Positions 24,697-34,701 of a stretch of DNA of 64,000 nt are shown one piece after another. Made by a program: the position numbers and the translations under genes. The notes beneath the pieces were generated by a model that saw nothing but the letters and a program-made list of their open reading frames with translations, was not told the DNA's origin and searched no databases. Origin of the DNA: Methanolobus sp. WCC5 (GTDB lineage: Archaea > Halobacteriota > Methanosarcinia > Methanosarcinales > Methanosarcinaceae); assembly GCF_045690325.1 (NCBI RefSeq), contig NZ_CP146981.1, positions 1,044,853-1,108,852 on the forward strand, read 5' to 3'. Numbering within the stretch: the stretch's first letter is position 1; each line of letters opens with the position of its first letter.

Positions 24697-27213
24697 ATGG
24701 CAGATAATATTGATAATGACAATGTTCAGGGCAATGACCGGAACACCCCGGAAGATGAACTTCCTTTTGATATCCAGCCAACTGATACCGGTGAAAAGAT
24801 CGTTCCAATCCTGATCGAGGACGAGATGAAGAAATCCTTCATGGATTATGCCATGAGTGTAATTGTGAGCCGTGCCTTACCGGATGCAAAGGATGGCCTC
24901 AAGCCTGTCCACCGAAGGATACTCTATGCCATGAAGGAAGCAGGTATCTCCTATGACAAAGCCTACAAGAAGTCTGCCCGTGTAGTGGGAGACGTTCTTG
25001 GTAAGTACCATCCGCATGGTGACACTGCTGTGTACGATTCCCTTGTCAGGATGGTACAGGACTTCTCATTGAGATATCCATTCATAGACGGACAGGGTAA
25101 CTTCGGTTCAATTGACGGAGATGCTGCTGCTGCAATGCGTTACACAGAAGTGCGTATGGATAAGATCTGCGACGAGATGCTTGCTGACATCGAGAAGGAA
25201 ACTGTTCCCACACGTCCCAACTATGATGGTTCTCTGCAGGAACCGGTAGTACTTCCGGCAAAGCTCCCAAGTCTGCTAATTAATGGTTCCACAGGTATTG
25301 CTGTAGGTATGGCAACCAACATGGCACCCCACAACCTTACCGAGGTCATCAACGCAACGTTGATGATGATCGACAATCCGGAAGTGTCAATTCCTCAGTT
25401 AATGACTGCTATCAAAGGACCTGACTTCCCCACGGGCGGTGTAATACTTGGATCCCACGGGATAAAGGAAGCTTATGAAACAGGCCGTGGCAGGGTACAG
25501 GTGAGAGCAGTCGCTGAGATAGAAGAAATGAAAAAGGATAAGTTCAGGATAGTTGTTTCAGAACTTCCCTACCAGGTCAATAAGGCAAAGCTGGTAGAGG
25601 ATATTGCAGGCCTTGTAAGAGAAAAGAAAGTGACCGGAGTTTCGGATCTGCGTGACGAATCCGACCGTGACGGGATAAGGGTTGTGGTTGAACTGAGTCG
25701 CGGTACGAATGCAAATGTCGTACTGAACCAGCTCTACAAACACACACAGATGCAGACAACCTTTGGTATAATCAACCTCGCACTTGTGGACGATGTACCC
25801 CGGGAACTGAACCTCAAACAGATACTTCGCATCTACCTGGAGCACCGCATCGATGTTATACAGAAGCGTACCCGGTTCCTTTTGAAGAAGGCTGAGGACA
25901 GGGCTCACATACTGAAAGGCTTAAAGATCGCTCTTGACCATCTGGACGAAGTAATTTCACTCATACGCTCCTCAGCTAACGTGGATGAAGCAAGGGAAGG
26001 TCTCATTTCCAAATTCGGACTGGATGAAATACAGGCAAAGGCAATCCTTGACATGCGCCTGCAGAAACTCACCGGTCTGGAAAGACAGAAGATCGATGAT
26101 GAATATGAGGAGCTCCTCAGGCAGATTGCAGACTACATGGAGATAATCGCAAGTGATGAAAAGAAATACGGTATCATCAGGGAAGAACTTGCTGATCTGA
26201 AAGACCGTTTTGGTGATGAGCGCAGGACAGCCATCAGGTCATCTATTGATGAACTTGAGACCGAGGACCTTATCCCTGAGGAAGATATGGTGGTCACCAT
26301 CACCAACAGTGGCTACATCAAGAGGCTTCCTGTGGATACATACTCCCAGCAGCACAGAGGCGGAAAAGGGGTCATCGGAATGGATACCAAGGAGGAGGAT
26401 TTCGTTGTGGACATATTTGTTGCATCAACCCACGATTATATCATGTTCTTCACCAATCAGGGACGTGTTCACTGGCGCAAGGTATATGAGATACCCGAGG
26501 GGAGCAGGCAGTCCCGTGGCAAGGCCATTGTGAACCTGCTTGAACTTGGAGAAGGGGAGCTGGTAACTGCAATGATACCTGTAAGCGAGTTCAAGGAAGA
26601 TGAGTTCCTCTTCATGGCTACAAGTATGGGTACTGTTAAGAAGAGCCAGCTTTCCGATTTCAGCAATCCTCGCAAAAAAGGGATAATCGCTATAAGCCTG
26701 GCCGATGAGGATGAGCTTGTGAACGTGGCCCTTACTGATGGATCAAGGGATGTTGTCATGGTCTCGATGCATGGCAAAGCAATAAGGTTCCATGAGAGTG
26801 AGGTCCGTGTGATGGGACGCAGTGCCAGAGGTGTCCGTGGTATGAACCTGGAATCCGGTGATATGGTGGTAAGCCTTGATGTGGTAGATGAGACTGCATC
26901 ACTGCTCACTGTGACAGAGAATGGGTTCGGTAAGAGGACTCAGTTCGATGAGTACAGGGCCATGCACAGAGGAGGCAGGGGTGTCATTACCATAGTCACA
27001 AGCCTGCGTAACGGACCGGTGATCAATGTGAAGGCGGTCCACGACGAAGATGATATCATGCTCACAAGTTCTGAGGGTATCATCATCCGTATCCCTGTGA
27101 AAGATGTCCGCGTACAGGGCAGGAACACCCAGGGAGTCAGGATAATGAATGTCCGGTCCAGCGATAAGGTTGTTGGTGTTGCAAGGATAAGGACGGATGA
27201 AAAGCAGATGTAA
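24697..27213 (+). CDS. gyrA: DNA gyrase subunit A
   Basis: 838 aa. HRRILYAM, the active-site Tyr region and the GyrA-box C-terminal beta-pinwheel repeats. Confidence 0.9.
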   Translation: MADNIDNDNVQGNDRNTPEDELPFDIQPTDTGEKIVPILIEDEMKKSFMDYAMSVIVSRALPDAKDGLKPVHRRILYAMKEAGISYDKAYKKSARVVGDVLGKYHPHGDTAVYDSLVRMVQDFSLRYPFIDGQGNFGSIDGDAAAAMRYTEVRMDKICDEMLADIEKETVPTRPNYDGSLQEPVVLPAKLPSLLINGSTGIAVGMATNMAPHNLTEVINATLMMIDNPEVSIPQLMTAIKGPDFPTGGVILGSHGIKEAYETGRGRVQVRAVAEIEEMKKDKFRIVVSELPYQVNKAKLVEDIAGLVREKKVTGVSDLRDESDRDGIRVVVELSRGTNANVVLNQLYKHTQMQTTFGIINLALVDDVPRELNLKQILRIYLEHRIDVIQKRTRFLLKKAEDRAHILKGLKIALDHLDEVISLIRSSANVDEAREGLISKFGLDEIQAKAILDMRLQKLTGLERQKIDDEYEELLRQIADYMEIIASDEKKYGIIREELADLKDRFGDERRTAIRSSIDELETEDLIPEEDMVVTITNSGYIKRLPVDTYSQQHRGGKGVIGMDTKEEDFVVDIFVASTHDYIMFFTNQGRVHWRKVYEIPEGSRQSRGKAIVNLLELGEGELVTAMIPVSEFKEDEFLFMATSMGTVKKSQLSDFSNPRKKGIIAISLADEDELVNVALTDGSRDVVMVSMHGKAIRFHESEVRVMGRSARGVRGMNLESGDMVVSLDVVDETASLLTVTENGFGKRTQFDEYRAMHRGGRGVITIVTSLRNGPVINVKAVHDEDDIMLTSSEGIIIRIPVKDVRVQGRNTQGVRIMNVRSSDKVVGVARIRTDEKQM

Positions 27214-27228
27214 ATGCTTTAAAGCATT
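27213..27228. terminator. Perfect 16-bp palindrome AATGCTTTAAAGCATT overlapping the gyrA stop codon
   Basis: Self-complementary sequence seen directly. Possible transcription termination or processing hairpin. Confidence 0.3.
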
Positions 27229-27336
27229 AACTATATGTAGTAGGCTGAGTAGCTAGGCATAAAAAATCGTATGACCAAATTTGTATAACCAGATCTAGTC
27301 TGACAAAACTTAGTATAACCAATTCAGGATGATATT

Positions 27337-28233
27337 ATGGAACTTGAAAAATTAAGACACGGTACTGAGCTTATTAAGCGCGGCTTTGCAAAGATGCAGA
27401 AAGGCGGTGTAATCATGGATGTGACCACACCGGAGCAGGCAAAGATAGCAGAGGAAGCAGGTGCTGTTGCAGTCATGGCATTACAGGCAGTACCGGCAGA
27501 TATCAGGAAAGAGGGCGGTGTTGCCAGAATGGCTGACCCGCAGATGGTAGCTGAGATCATTGACACTGTTACAATCCCTGTTATGGCTAAGGCACGTATC
27601 GGCCACTTCGTAGAAGGCGAGATCCTGCAGGCCCTTGGTGCTGACATGGTGGACGAGTCAGAAGTGCTCACACCTGCTGACCATAAGTACCACATTGATA
27701 AAACCCAGTTCACTGTTCCTTTTGTCTGTGGCGCAAGGAACCTTGGTGAAGCACTTCGCAGAATAAACGAAGGTGCAGCCATGATACGCACAAAGGGTGA
27801 GGCAGGAACCGGAGATGTCAGCGAGGCTGTAAAGCATATGAAACAGATCATGGGGGAGATCCGTGCCCTTAAGGGTATGACAAAGGAAGAGATGATAGCC
27901 GTTGCCCGCGAAATAGAAGCACCCATAGAGCTTGTGCTGGAAACTGCCCAGATGCAGCGTCTTCCTGTTGTCAACTTTGCAGCAGGCGGTGTTGCAACAC
28001 CTGCAGATGCAGCCCTTATGATGCGCCTTGGTGCTGACGGTGTTTTTGTCGGATCAGGAATCTTTAAGGCAGAGAACCCTGAGAAGATGGCAAAGGCAAT
28101 CGTTGAGGCTGTTAACAACTACGACAACCCCGAAGTACTTGCGCAGATCTCAAAGGGGATCGGTTCAGGTATGAAGGGTATCAGCGTAGATACAATTCCA
28201 CAGGAGCAAGCCTTACAGACACGTGGATGGTAA
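27337..28233 (+). CDS. pdxS: Pyridoxal 5'-phosphate synthase lyase subunit PdxS
   Basis: Highly conserved PdxS/SNZ sequence ([26 protein letters not shown]). Confidence 0.9.
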   Translation: MELEKLRHGTELIKRGFAKMQKGGVIMDVTTPEQAKIAEEAGAVAVMALQAVPADIRKEGGVARMADPQMVAEIIDTVTIPVMAKARIGHFVEGEILQALGADMVDESEVLTPADHKYHIDKTQFTVPFVCGARNLGEALRRINEGAAMIRTKGEAGTGDVSEAVKHMKQIMGEIRALKGMTKEEMIAVAREIEAPIELVLETAQMQRLPVVNFAAGGVATPADAALMMRLGADGVFVGSGIFKAENPEKMAKAIVEAVNNYDNPEVLAQISKGIGSGMKGISVDTIPQEQALQTRGW

Positions 28234-28295
28234 ACCCATCCACAATCTTTTTTGATTTTATTTAATTTACTTCAAACCAACTAAAACGTGATCTT

Positions 28296-28889
28296 ATGAA
28301 GCTAGGTGTTATTGCTATTCAGGGAGATGTTTCCGAACACGTCGAAGCTCTTGAAAAGGCACTTGAGCAGCGTGGCGAAAAAGCCGAGATAGTAACCATC
28401 AAACACAAAGGAATTGTCCCTGGATGTGATGCACTTGTGCTTCCCGGGGGAGAAAGTACAACTCTTGGAAAACTGCTTATACGTGAGGGCATCGCAGATG
28501 AGATAAGGGACATGAACGAAGCCTGCAAGCCAATCATGGGAACCTGTGCAGGCCTTATCCTGCTGGCAACTGAAGGTGACGAGCAGGTAAGAAAAACACA
28601 TCAGCATCTTCTGGGCCTTATGGATACCAGAGTTAACAGGAATGCATTCGGAAGGCAGCGTGATTCCTTTGAGTTCCAACTTGAACTTCCGTTTCTGGAT
28701 ACACCATACAATGCAGTATTTATCAGGGCACCCGGGATTGTAGAGGCTGGAAAGGATGTTACAATCCTTGCAAGCATCGATGACATGATCGTGGCTGCAG
28801 AGCAGGAGAATATTCTGGCACTGGCTTTTCATCCCGAACTTACCGATGACCTGAGGGTTCACCAGTACTTCCTGGATAAATTGTTCTGA
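28296..28889 (+). CDS. pdxT: Pyridoxal 5'-phosphate synthase glutaminase subunit PdxT
   Basis: Class I glutamine amidotransferase with GTCAG nucleophile motif. Follows pdxS. Confidence 0.9.
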   Translation: MKLGVIAIQGDVSEHVEALEKALEQRGEKAEIVTIKHKGIVPGCDALVLPGGESTTLGKLLIREGIADEIRDMNEACKPIMGTCAGLILLATEGDEQVRKTHQHLLGLMDTRVNRNAFGRQRDSFEFQLELPFLDTPYNAVFIRAPGIVEAGKDVTILASIDDMIVAAEQENILALAFHPELTDDLRVHQYFLDKLF

Positions 28890-29008
28890 TCTCTTTTTTT
28901 GCCCGTTTGATATCATTGTTCTCTTAGTTTACCCGGGACCTACTGATGAAAAAGTTTAAACTTCATTGGTGTGTAAACTATTTGCTTTCCTAATTTTGAT
29001 ATGCAAAG

Positions 29009-29425
29009 GTGAAAACAATGGTAAAATTAACCGATGAGATGAAAACAGAATTTGCAAAGATGAAGATATTTCCGCTGGCAACAGCCTCCAAAGACGGTGT
29101 ACCAAACGTAATCCCCATCGGGATGTGTATGCTTCAGGAAGATGCTGAGACAATATGGATCGTCGACAACTACTTCCTCAAGACTATGGAGAACCTCAGG
29201 GAAAATCCAAAATGTGCAATATATGTATGGGGACCGGACATAAACGGTTGTTTCCAGATAAAAGGTGACATCAAGATCATTGACCGTGGAGAGGAATACG
29301 AGGAAATGCGCAAGATAGTAAAGGCAAAGAGTGACCGCTTCCCTGCAAGATACCTTGTCAAGATGAAGATAACCGATGTCTTTGAGTGCAAGAGCGGACC
29401 TGAAGCGGGAAAGAAGTTACTCTGA
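29009..29425 (+). CDS. Pyridoxamine 5'-phosphate oxidase-like FMN/F420-binding split-barrel protein
   Basis: 138 aa. The PLATASKDGVPNVIPIG pattern is typical of the PNPOx-like family. Confidence 0.65.
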   Translation: MKTMVKLTDEMKTEFAKMKIFPLATASKDGVPNVIPIGMCMLQEDAETIWIVDNYFLKTMENLRENPKCAIYVWGPDINGCFQIKGDIKIIDRGEEYEEMRKIVKAKSDRFPARYLVKMKITDVFECKSGPEAGKKLL

Positions 29426-29720
29426 TAACTTCGGTCTTTTTTATTACTTTTTTTATAAATACCCTATCCTTGTCTCAAATATCTGATAGACAAAATTAAA
29501 TAAAAAACAGCAAATACCGAATGTATGTTATGCTCTTTCGAGCACAACATCATTCCAAGTAGCAATGTTTGGAGTGTTATGTCTGCATAAACATAACGAG
29601 TCATCATATGAATCCCTCATATAAATAGATTGCCATCTCCAGGGCAATACTAACCAGCCAGCCGGAAAACGAAAAACAAGATACATGAGATTCCTAAAAA
29701 TGAGACCGGAAGTATGTGTT

Positions 29721-31244
29721 TCACTCTAATTTCTGTCCGCAGTTGCCACAGAACTTCTCGTCTGGTCCTGTGTCACGGCCGCACTTAGGACATTTCCTCT
29801 TTCCTGCACCTATGCTGGAACGCTGTATAATACTGTCCTGTATCGTGGTATTGCTTATATTGTACTGGGTCAGGGAATCATCGACAAATAGTTTGATATC
29901 CGTCCTTTTTTCGATCTCTTCAAGGATCTTGTGGTAGAAACCTGTTAGTGCTTCTTCCTTTTCGGCCCAGGCTTTGACGATCAGGCGGGATTTGCGTTTA
30001 CCCACAACCTCAATATATGCTGCATACTTAAGGCCTGCCACACCCTCTGCATAGAACCTTGCAACACCGGTGAACAGTTGCTGTGTTGAGGTTATCTCCG
30101 GTGTTATCATGTACATGTTCATATCTTTCAGTATGCGGGTTGCAATATCAAAGAGATTCTCTGCCGGTATCTCCAGATCCTTGCTATCCTCTTCTGCTAC
30201 CATCATAGAACTTATGTCCAGTCTCCAGGTTGCCTCATCAGTCTCTGTTACCCTGAGGACGGGACAGACAATATCCACCATCTTATTGCTCAGATCCAGC
30301 TGAACATGCTTTTTCTGGCTATAATCATAGTAGCGTATATTTCCTGCTATAATGCAATTACCGCATTCACCGGTGGGCCGGATAAAGAACGTTACGGTTT
30401 TACTTTCAGCCGGTTGCAGCATGGGTATGATCTTCTTACTTTCCTTGATAAGGAAGACCTCAGGAACAAAAATGTTTATGCTTATATCACCCATTGGCTC
30501 TTTTGACGTGTTCTCAACCTTGATCTTATAAAGTATACTGGCGCCTTTGTACTGGACAGCAGACCTGATAACAACAGGATCGTTTATAGGAGATGGTTGC
30601 AAAATCGAAGCTTCAAAAACAGATTTGGAAGCATTTTCATCTGCAGCCGGGGTTTTTTCAATAACAGGCACAGATGATGTCATGGATTTTTCATCCATTC
30701 CTTTTGGAGTCTTTTTATTTTTTTTCTTCTTTGAGATCTTGCGCAACACAAAAAAAGCAATTAGAACTATTACAACAGTACCGACCATTCCATAGAACTC
30801 ATCTTCTGCCGAAGTACCAGAATAGTCATAGGAGTCGGTATAGTATCCTGTCTGCTTCTCCCTGACCTCCGGCTCATCAGAGGTCACGGGATAGTCCGGA
30901 TATATGTATATGTCCGAGATATCAACATAATCGTAGTAATCATCATAGTATATATCATCGATCCTGAACTGAAGCGTAAGAGATCTGTCCTGATAATAAA
31001 AATAATCCCCTCTTGCATAATACTGATCCATGAGGACAGTATCATAATAGGAAACAGTGAACCTTACAATTTCGTTGTAGGTATCTATGTCCAATACATT
31101 CAGGTGATATCCGTCTCTGACCTCTGCAATCTCACCTTCCATGAGAGTAACCTCATAATCACTGGCAGATGCGGGGCATAAGCTCAGCATGATACTACAT
31201 GCCAGCAAGATCAGGACGAGGGGTTTAAGAGATCTCCGGGTCAA
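29721..31244 (-). CDS. Type-I membrane protein with Tyr/Asp-rich ectodomain and cytoplasmic C-terminal zinc ribbon
   Basis: N-terminal signal peptide and a single TM helix (VVIVLIAFFVL followed by a Lys-rich stretch). The C-terminus is CPKCG...CGNCG, preceded by the motif TIQDSIIQRS, which is shared with the protein at 34698-36440. Confidence 0.6.
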   Translation of the reverse strand: MTRRSLKPLVLILLACSIMLSLCPASASDYEVTLMEGEIAEVRDGYHLNVLDIDTYNEIVRFTVSYYDTVLMDQYYARGDYFYYQDRSLTLQFRIDDIYYDDYYDYVDISDIYIYPDYPVTSDEPEVREKQTGYYTDSYDYSGTSAEDEFYGMVGTVVIVLIAFFVLRKISKKKKNKKTPKGMDEKSMTSSVPVIEKTPAADENASKSVFEASILQPSPINDPVVIRSAVQYKGASILYKIKVENTSKEPMGDISINIFVPEVFLIKESKKIIPMLQPAESKTVTFFIRPTGECGNCIIAGNIRYYDYSQKKHVQLDLSNKMVDIVCPVLRVTETDEATWRLDISSMMVAEEDSKDLEIPAENLFDIATRILKDMNMYMITPEITSTQQLFTGVARFYAEGVAGLKYAAYIEVVGKRKSRLIVKAWAEKEEALTGFYHKILEEIEKRTDIKLFVDDSLTQYNISNTTIQDSIIQRSSIGAGKRKCPKCGRDTGPDEKFCGNCGQKLE

Positions 31245-31354
31245 TCCACCACCTTACAATTGTGCTTAATTACCGTTTTTCATTCAATATGATTTATATC
31301 TTTACAGATCTTTCCATTAATATATTATCATTGGATCTGACCTGTCCTGACATA

Positions 31355-32647
31355 TCAAACATCTGTGAGTCTTTTGCCACACTGGCTGCAAAAACTTGCC
31401 TCCGAAGGGATTGTTGACCCACATCCCGGACATTTTCTAACTGTGTGTGAAGTCCTGCCCACGGCAGCTCCCATCATAGCGGCATCAAGTTCCTGTCTGC
31501 GGTAAGAATCTGCACGTTCCCTGTCTTCGACTTCCATCATAAACCTGACACGATCTTCTTTTGCAAGAGCTTCTCCCTGTTTGATCTTTGCCAGGGCTTC
31601 GAGCTGCTCCGGTGTCATGCGACCATATTCGCGACCCTCGCTCACAGTCTTTGCAACATCGGCCCCTCCTGATCCAGTTATGTGTTTAAGGTATTCCATG
31701 TCACGTCCGTGTTCACGATCCCGCATGTCCTGTTCGACCTCAAGCTCAGCACGCATACCTTTTGCCTTTGCGATTTTTAGTTCCTCTTTGAGGCTTATAG
31801 CTTCCCTAGCTTCCCTTATATCAGCTTCATATTGCAGTCTTTCAGCCTCAAGTTCAGAGCTGACATCCTTCAATCTCTGATCACGATGGAAATCTTTTTC
31901 AGTTGCCACAGTTGCATGGCCTGCACGCAGACCTGCCACTTCTTCCCGGCCCCTGCGCTCAAGATCACCTTCCACTGACAGGGTCTCAAGTTCTGCAAGC
32001 TCTTCCTTTGTCTGCAGATCATTTGTGGCCTGCATTACCTTACCATAAGAACCAAGGTCCCACTGGATTGTGTATTTCAGGATTTCCAGCCCCCACATGG
32101 AAAAAGTGGAACGCAGCCGCATCTCAAGCTCATTCTCAAGGTTCAGGCGAAGGTCCCGGTTCCCGTAAATACTTTCAACATCTTCCTGTCTTATCCCGGG
32201 TTCAAGTACAAGTGTCAGTACCTCGCTTTCAATGCGCCCGTATATATCCTGCACTGAAAGGTCCCTGATCCCTTTCCTGTCTGGTGTCGCATAGGCATAC
32301 AACATCTGGAAGAAACGTTTCGGATCCTGTATCCTGAATCTCAGCAGACCGCCACAGGCTATTCTCTGGTCATCACTGGTCCACAGTTCTTCCTGTGTCC
32401 ATTGCATGTCCTTAGGAGATGTATCCATCAGCGCAACATCCACATCCTTTCCGATATTGCCAGGCTTTAGCAGGCCGCCAATTTGTAATTTACCACTGTC
32501 CACTATCTCTTCAACAACACCATTCTTTACCATGGCTGCCTTTTCATTGGGCGAGAGTATCACAGCTTTGCTGAAAAAGCCCCCGACCTCCTTTTTAGGA
32601 ACCACCCTGGCAATATCATCTGCTTCTCTTTTCCATTTGAATGCCAT
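31355..32647 (-). CDS. SPFH/band-7 (flotillin-like) protein with coiled-coil region and C-terminal zinc ribbon
   Basis: N-terminal ~200 aa match the SPFH pattern (…LLRFRIQDP…WGLEILKYTIQ). A long charged coiled coil follows, then a C-terminal CPGCG...CSQCG. Confidence 0.6.
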   Translation of the reverse strand: MAFKWKREADDIARVVPKKEVGGFFSKAVILSPNEKAAMVKNGVVEEIVDSGKLQIGGLLKPGNIGKDVDVALMDTSPKDMQWTQEELWTSDDQRIACGGLLRFRIQDPKRFFQMLYAYATPDRKGIRDLSVQDIYGRIESEVLTLVLEPGIRQEDVESIYGNRDLRLNLENELEMRLRSTFSMWGLEILKYTIQWDLGSYGKVMQATNDLQTKEELAELETLSVEGDLERRGREEVAGLRAGHATVATEKDFHRDQRLKDVSSELEAERLQYEADIREAREAISLKEELKIAKAKGMRAELEVEQDMRDREHGRDMEYLKHITGSGGADVAKTVSEGREYGRMTPEQLEALAKIKQGEALAKEDRVRFMMEVEDRERADSYRRQELDAAMMGAAVGRTSHTVRKCPGCGSTIPSEASFCSQCGKRLTDV

Positions 32648-32702
32648 TATCCTGACACCTTTGTTTTGTCAATCTTAAATTCTATTTATGTATTGGATAA
32701 GT

Positions 32703-32715
32703 ATTATATATATTG
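32703..32715 (+). promoter_or_regulatory. Candidate archaeal TATA box (TATTATATATATT) in the divergent intergenic region upstream of the RHH/ESCRT-III-like/Vps4-like operon
   Basis: AT-rich TATA-like motif about 55 bp upstream of the ATG at 32764. Also sits in the 116-bp divergent spacer shared with the SPFH gene. Confidence 0.3.
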
Positions 32716-32763
32716 TTTTCCATTGTATACATAAGAATACAAAAGGAATCAAGTTGGAATAAC

Positions 32764-32919
32764 ATGGTAAATTCTTATCCTGTAAGTGCAAGGATCTCAG
32801 AAGATAGTAAAGTATATCTGGACAAATTAGTAGAAATGGGAATAGCGATCAACCGATCAGAAGCCATGAAACTTTGTATCAGGTACGCAAAACAGAAAAA
32901 GATGGAGGAGGAATTGTAA
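32764..32919 (+). CDS. Small ribbon-helix-helix (CopG-like) DNA-binding protein
   Basis: 51 aa from ATG 32764, with a beta-strand (VSARISEDS) followed by two helices. Its stop codon overlaps the start of the next gene (TAATG). Confidence 0.5.
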   Translation: MVNSYPVSARISEDSKVYLDKLVEMGIAINRSEAMKLCIRYAKQKKMEEEL

Positions 32920-33488
32920 TGGGACTGACAAATCCATTTAAGAAGATATCACCCGAAGAGCTTAAGACAAAACTGGCAATTTCCGAGCAAAGGCTGACGG
33001 CACGGGAAAAAGAACTGATGAAAAAACAGATCAAATCCAGGGAAGAAGCAAAAGAAGCGCTTGCAAAAGGAAATGACAGGGAGTTCAGGGTTGCTTCAAG
33101 AAGATTTTCTCTTGTGGAGGGGCAGGTGAACACCATCAGCAGCATGGTAGAGATGGCACAATCCATGACAGATGTAATTGAAATGCAGACCGGGCTCAAA
33201 GAAGTCGTTGAGATAGGCCAGGACCTGGGAAAGTGGCAGAAACAACTTGGTTTTGACACTTCAAAACTAGAAGGTGCTGTAACTAACATAAGGACCTCCA
33301 TGGAAAAGGTTAACACAGCAACAAGTATGATGACAGCTTCCATGGATGCGGCAATGGGCGGTGGCACTGAACTTAGTGAGATGCAGGATTCGCTGCGATC
33401 AGAACTCCTTGCAGAACTCTCCAGTGAACAGCCTGCAAAGGATGAGCTTTCAAAGAAGATAGAATCAGAAATGGCAAACAGTGAATAA
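32919..33488 (+). CDS. ESCRT-III/Snf7-like (PspA/Vipp1 superfamily) helical protein
   Basis: 189 aa, all-helical. Basic N-terminal helix, then M/S/T/A-rich helices (SSMVEMAQSMTDVIEMQTG...AVTNIRTSMEKVNTATSMMTASMDAAMGG) matching the Snf7 pattern. Acidic C-terminus with a possible MIM-like helix (DSLRSELLAEL). Strong GGAGGAGG SD 5 nt upstream. Confidence 0.55.
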   Translation: MGLTNPFKKISPEELKTKLAISEQRLTAREKELMKKQIKSREEAKEALAKGNDREFRVASRRFSLVEGQVNTISSMVEMAQSMTDVIEMQTGLKEVVEIGQDLGKWQKQLGFDTSKLEGAVTNIRTSMEKVNTATSMMTASMDAAMGGGTELSEMQDSLRSELLAELSSEQPAKDELSKKIESEMANSE

Positions 33489-33540
33489 AAGAAACCAGAT
33501 TTCCCAAGAATTTAATTATTCATTATACTGAGGTGCCCAT

Positions 33541-34701
33541 TTGAACCCAGCAATCACTTTTGCCGCCCAGGCCCGCGGATATGCAAAAGCTGCAAAGGAT
33601 CTGGAAGACAGAGGAGAGAATGAACGTGCCCGTGAACTATACCTGAAAGCTGCCAAGCTCTATAATGATGCTTCAATGATGACAGATGAAGGCATTGACC
33701 GGAATACCCAGCGTGACCTGGCAGAACATCTTTTTGCTAAGGCTCAGTCGCTTAAAAATCCGACTGCACTGTCTTCAGGAAAAAACGCACATGGTAAAAA
33801 AGAAGCATCAAACAATGATGAGTCTTCCATTTCAAAGGATGATGTATTTCTCAAAGAGATACCAAATATCGGCTTTTCAGATATTGGCGGCCTTGAACAG
33901 GTGAAGGAGGAAATACGCAAAGCCATTATCTATCCTTTTACACATAAAGAACTTTACCAGATGTACGGACAGAAAGCCGGAGAAGGGATCTTGCTCTATG
34001 GCCCTCCTGGCTGTGGTAAGACAATGATGGCAAAGGCAGCGGCAAAAGAATGCGAAGCGGATTTCATCAGCGTCAAGACCAGCAGCATTGTAAGTAAATG
34101 GGTCGGTGCTTCGGAGAAGAATGTCAAACAGGTCTTTGACATTGCCCGCGGGGGGGAGAGATCCATCATCTTTTTTGACGAAATAGATTCCATAGCTTCA
34201 AGACGCAGTGAAAGCGAGGACTATGCAAAAAGAGTGGTCAATGAACTTCTTGCCCAGATGGATGGTGTGGATACTGCGTCTGACAACCTTCTGGTGCTGG
34301 CAGCTACCAATGAACCATGGGCTATCGATCCGGCCCTGAGGCGTCCGGGGCGTTTCAGCAAACTTGTATTTGTCCCTGAACCAGACCAGGATGCAAGAAA
34401 AGCAATTCTGGGAATACATCTTCGAAAAAGGCCGGTAGACAGTGATGTGGACATAGATGCCCTTGCACGGCTAACAGAATCCTATTCCGGAGCAGACCTT
34501 GCAGCTATATGCAGGGAAGCAGCAGACATACCCCTGGGAGAAGCACTGAGGGGAGGGGAGCCAAGAAAAATACGGCTTCGTGATTTTGAAGCTGTTCTAA
34601 AGAAACGTAAACCTTCAATTGTTAGCTGGTACATAGAGGCCAGATCAGCAGTTCTGAAGACCGGAGAGGGAGAAGTGTTTGAGGAAATGCTGAAAAAGTG
34701 A
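33541..34701 (+). CDS. Vps4-like AAA+ ATPase with N-terminal MIT domain
   Basis: N-terminal three-helix MIT-like region (AQARGYAKAAKDLEDRGENERARELYLKAAKLY). Single AAA module with Walker A GPPGCGKT and Walker B IIFFDEID. The SRH region ATNEPWAIDPALRRPGRF belongs to the meiotic/Vps4 clade. TTG start with a GAGGTG SD. Confidence 0.8.
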   Translation: MNPAITFAAQARGYAKAAKDLEDRGENERARELYLKAAKLYNDASMMTDEGIDRNTQRDLAEHLFAKAQSLKNPTALSSGKNAHGKKEASNNDESSISKDDVFLKEIPNIGFSDIGGLEQVKEEIRKAIIYPFTHKELYQMYGQKAGEGILLYGPPGCGKTMMAKAAAKECEADFISVKTSSIVSKWVGASEKNVKQVFDIARGGERSIIFFDEIDSIASRRSESEDYAKRVVNELLAQMDGVDTASDNLLVLAATNEPWAIDPALRRPGRFSKLVFVPEPDQDARKAILGIHLRKRPVDSDVDIDALARLTESYSGADLAAICREAADIPLGEALRGGEPRKIRLRDFEAVLKKRKPSIVSWYIEARSAVLKTGEGEVFEEMLKK

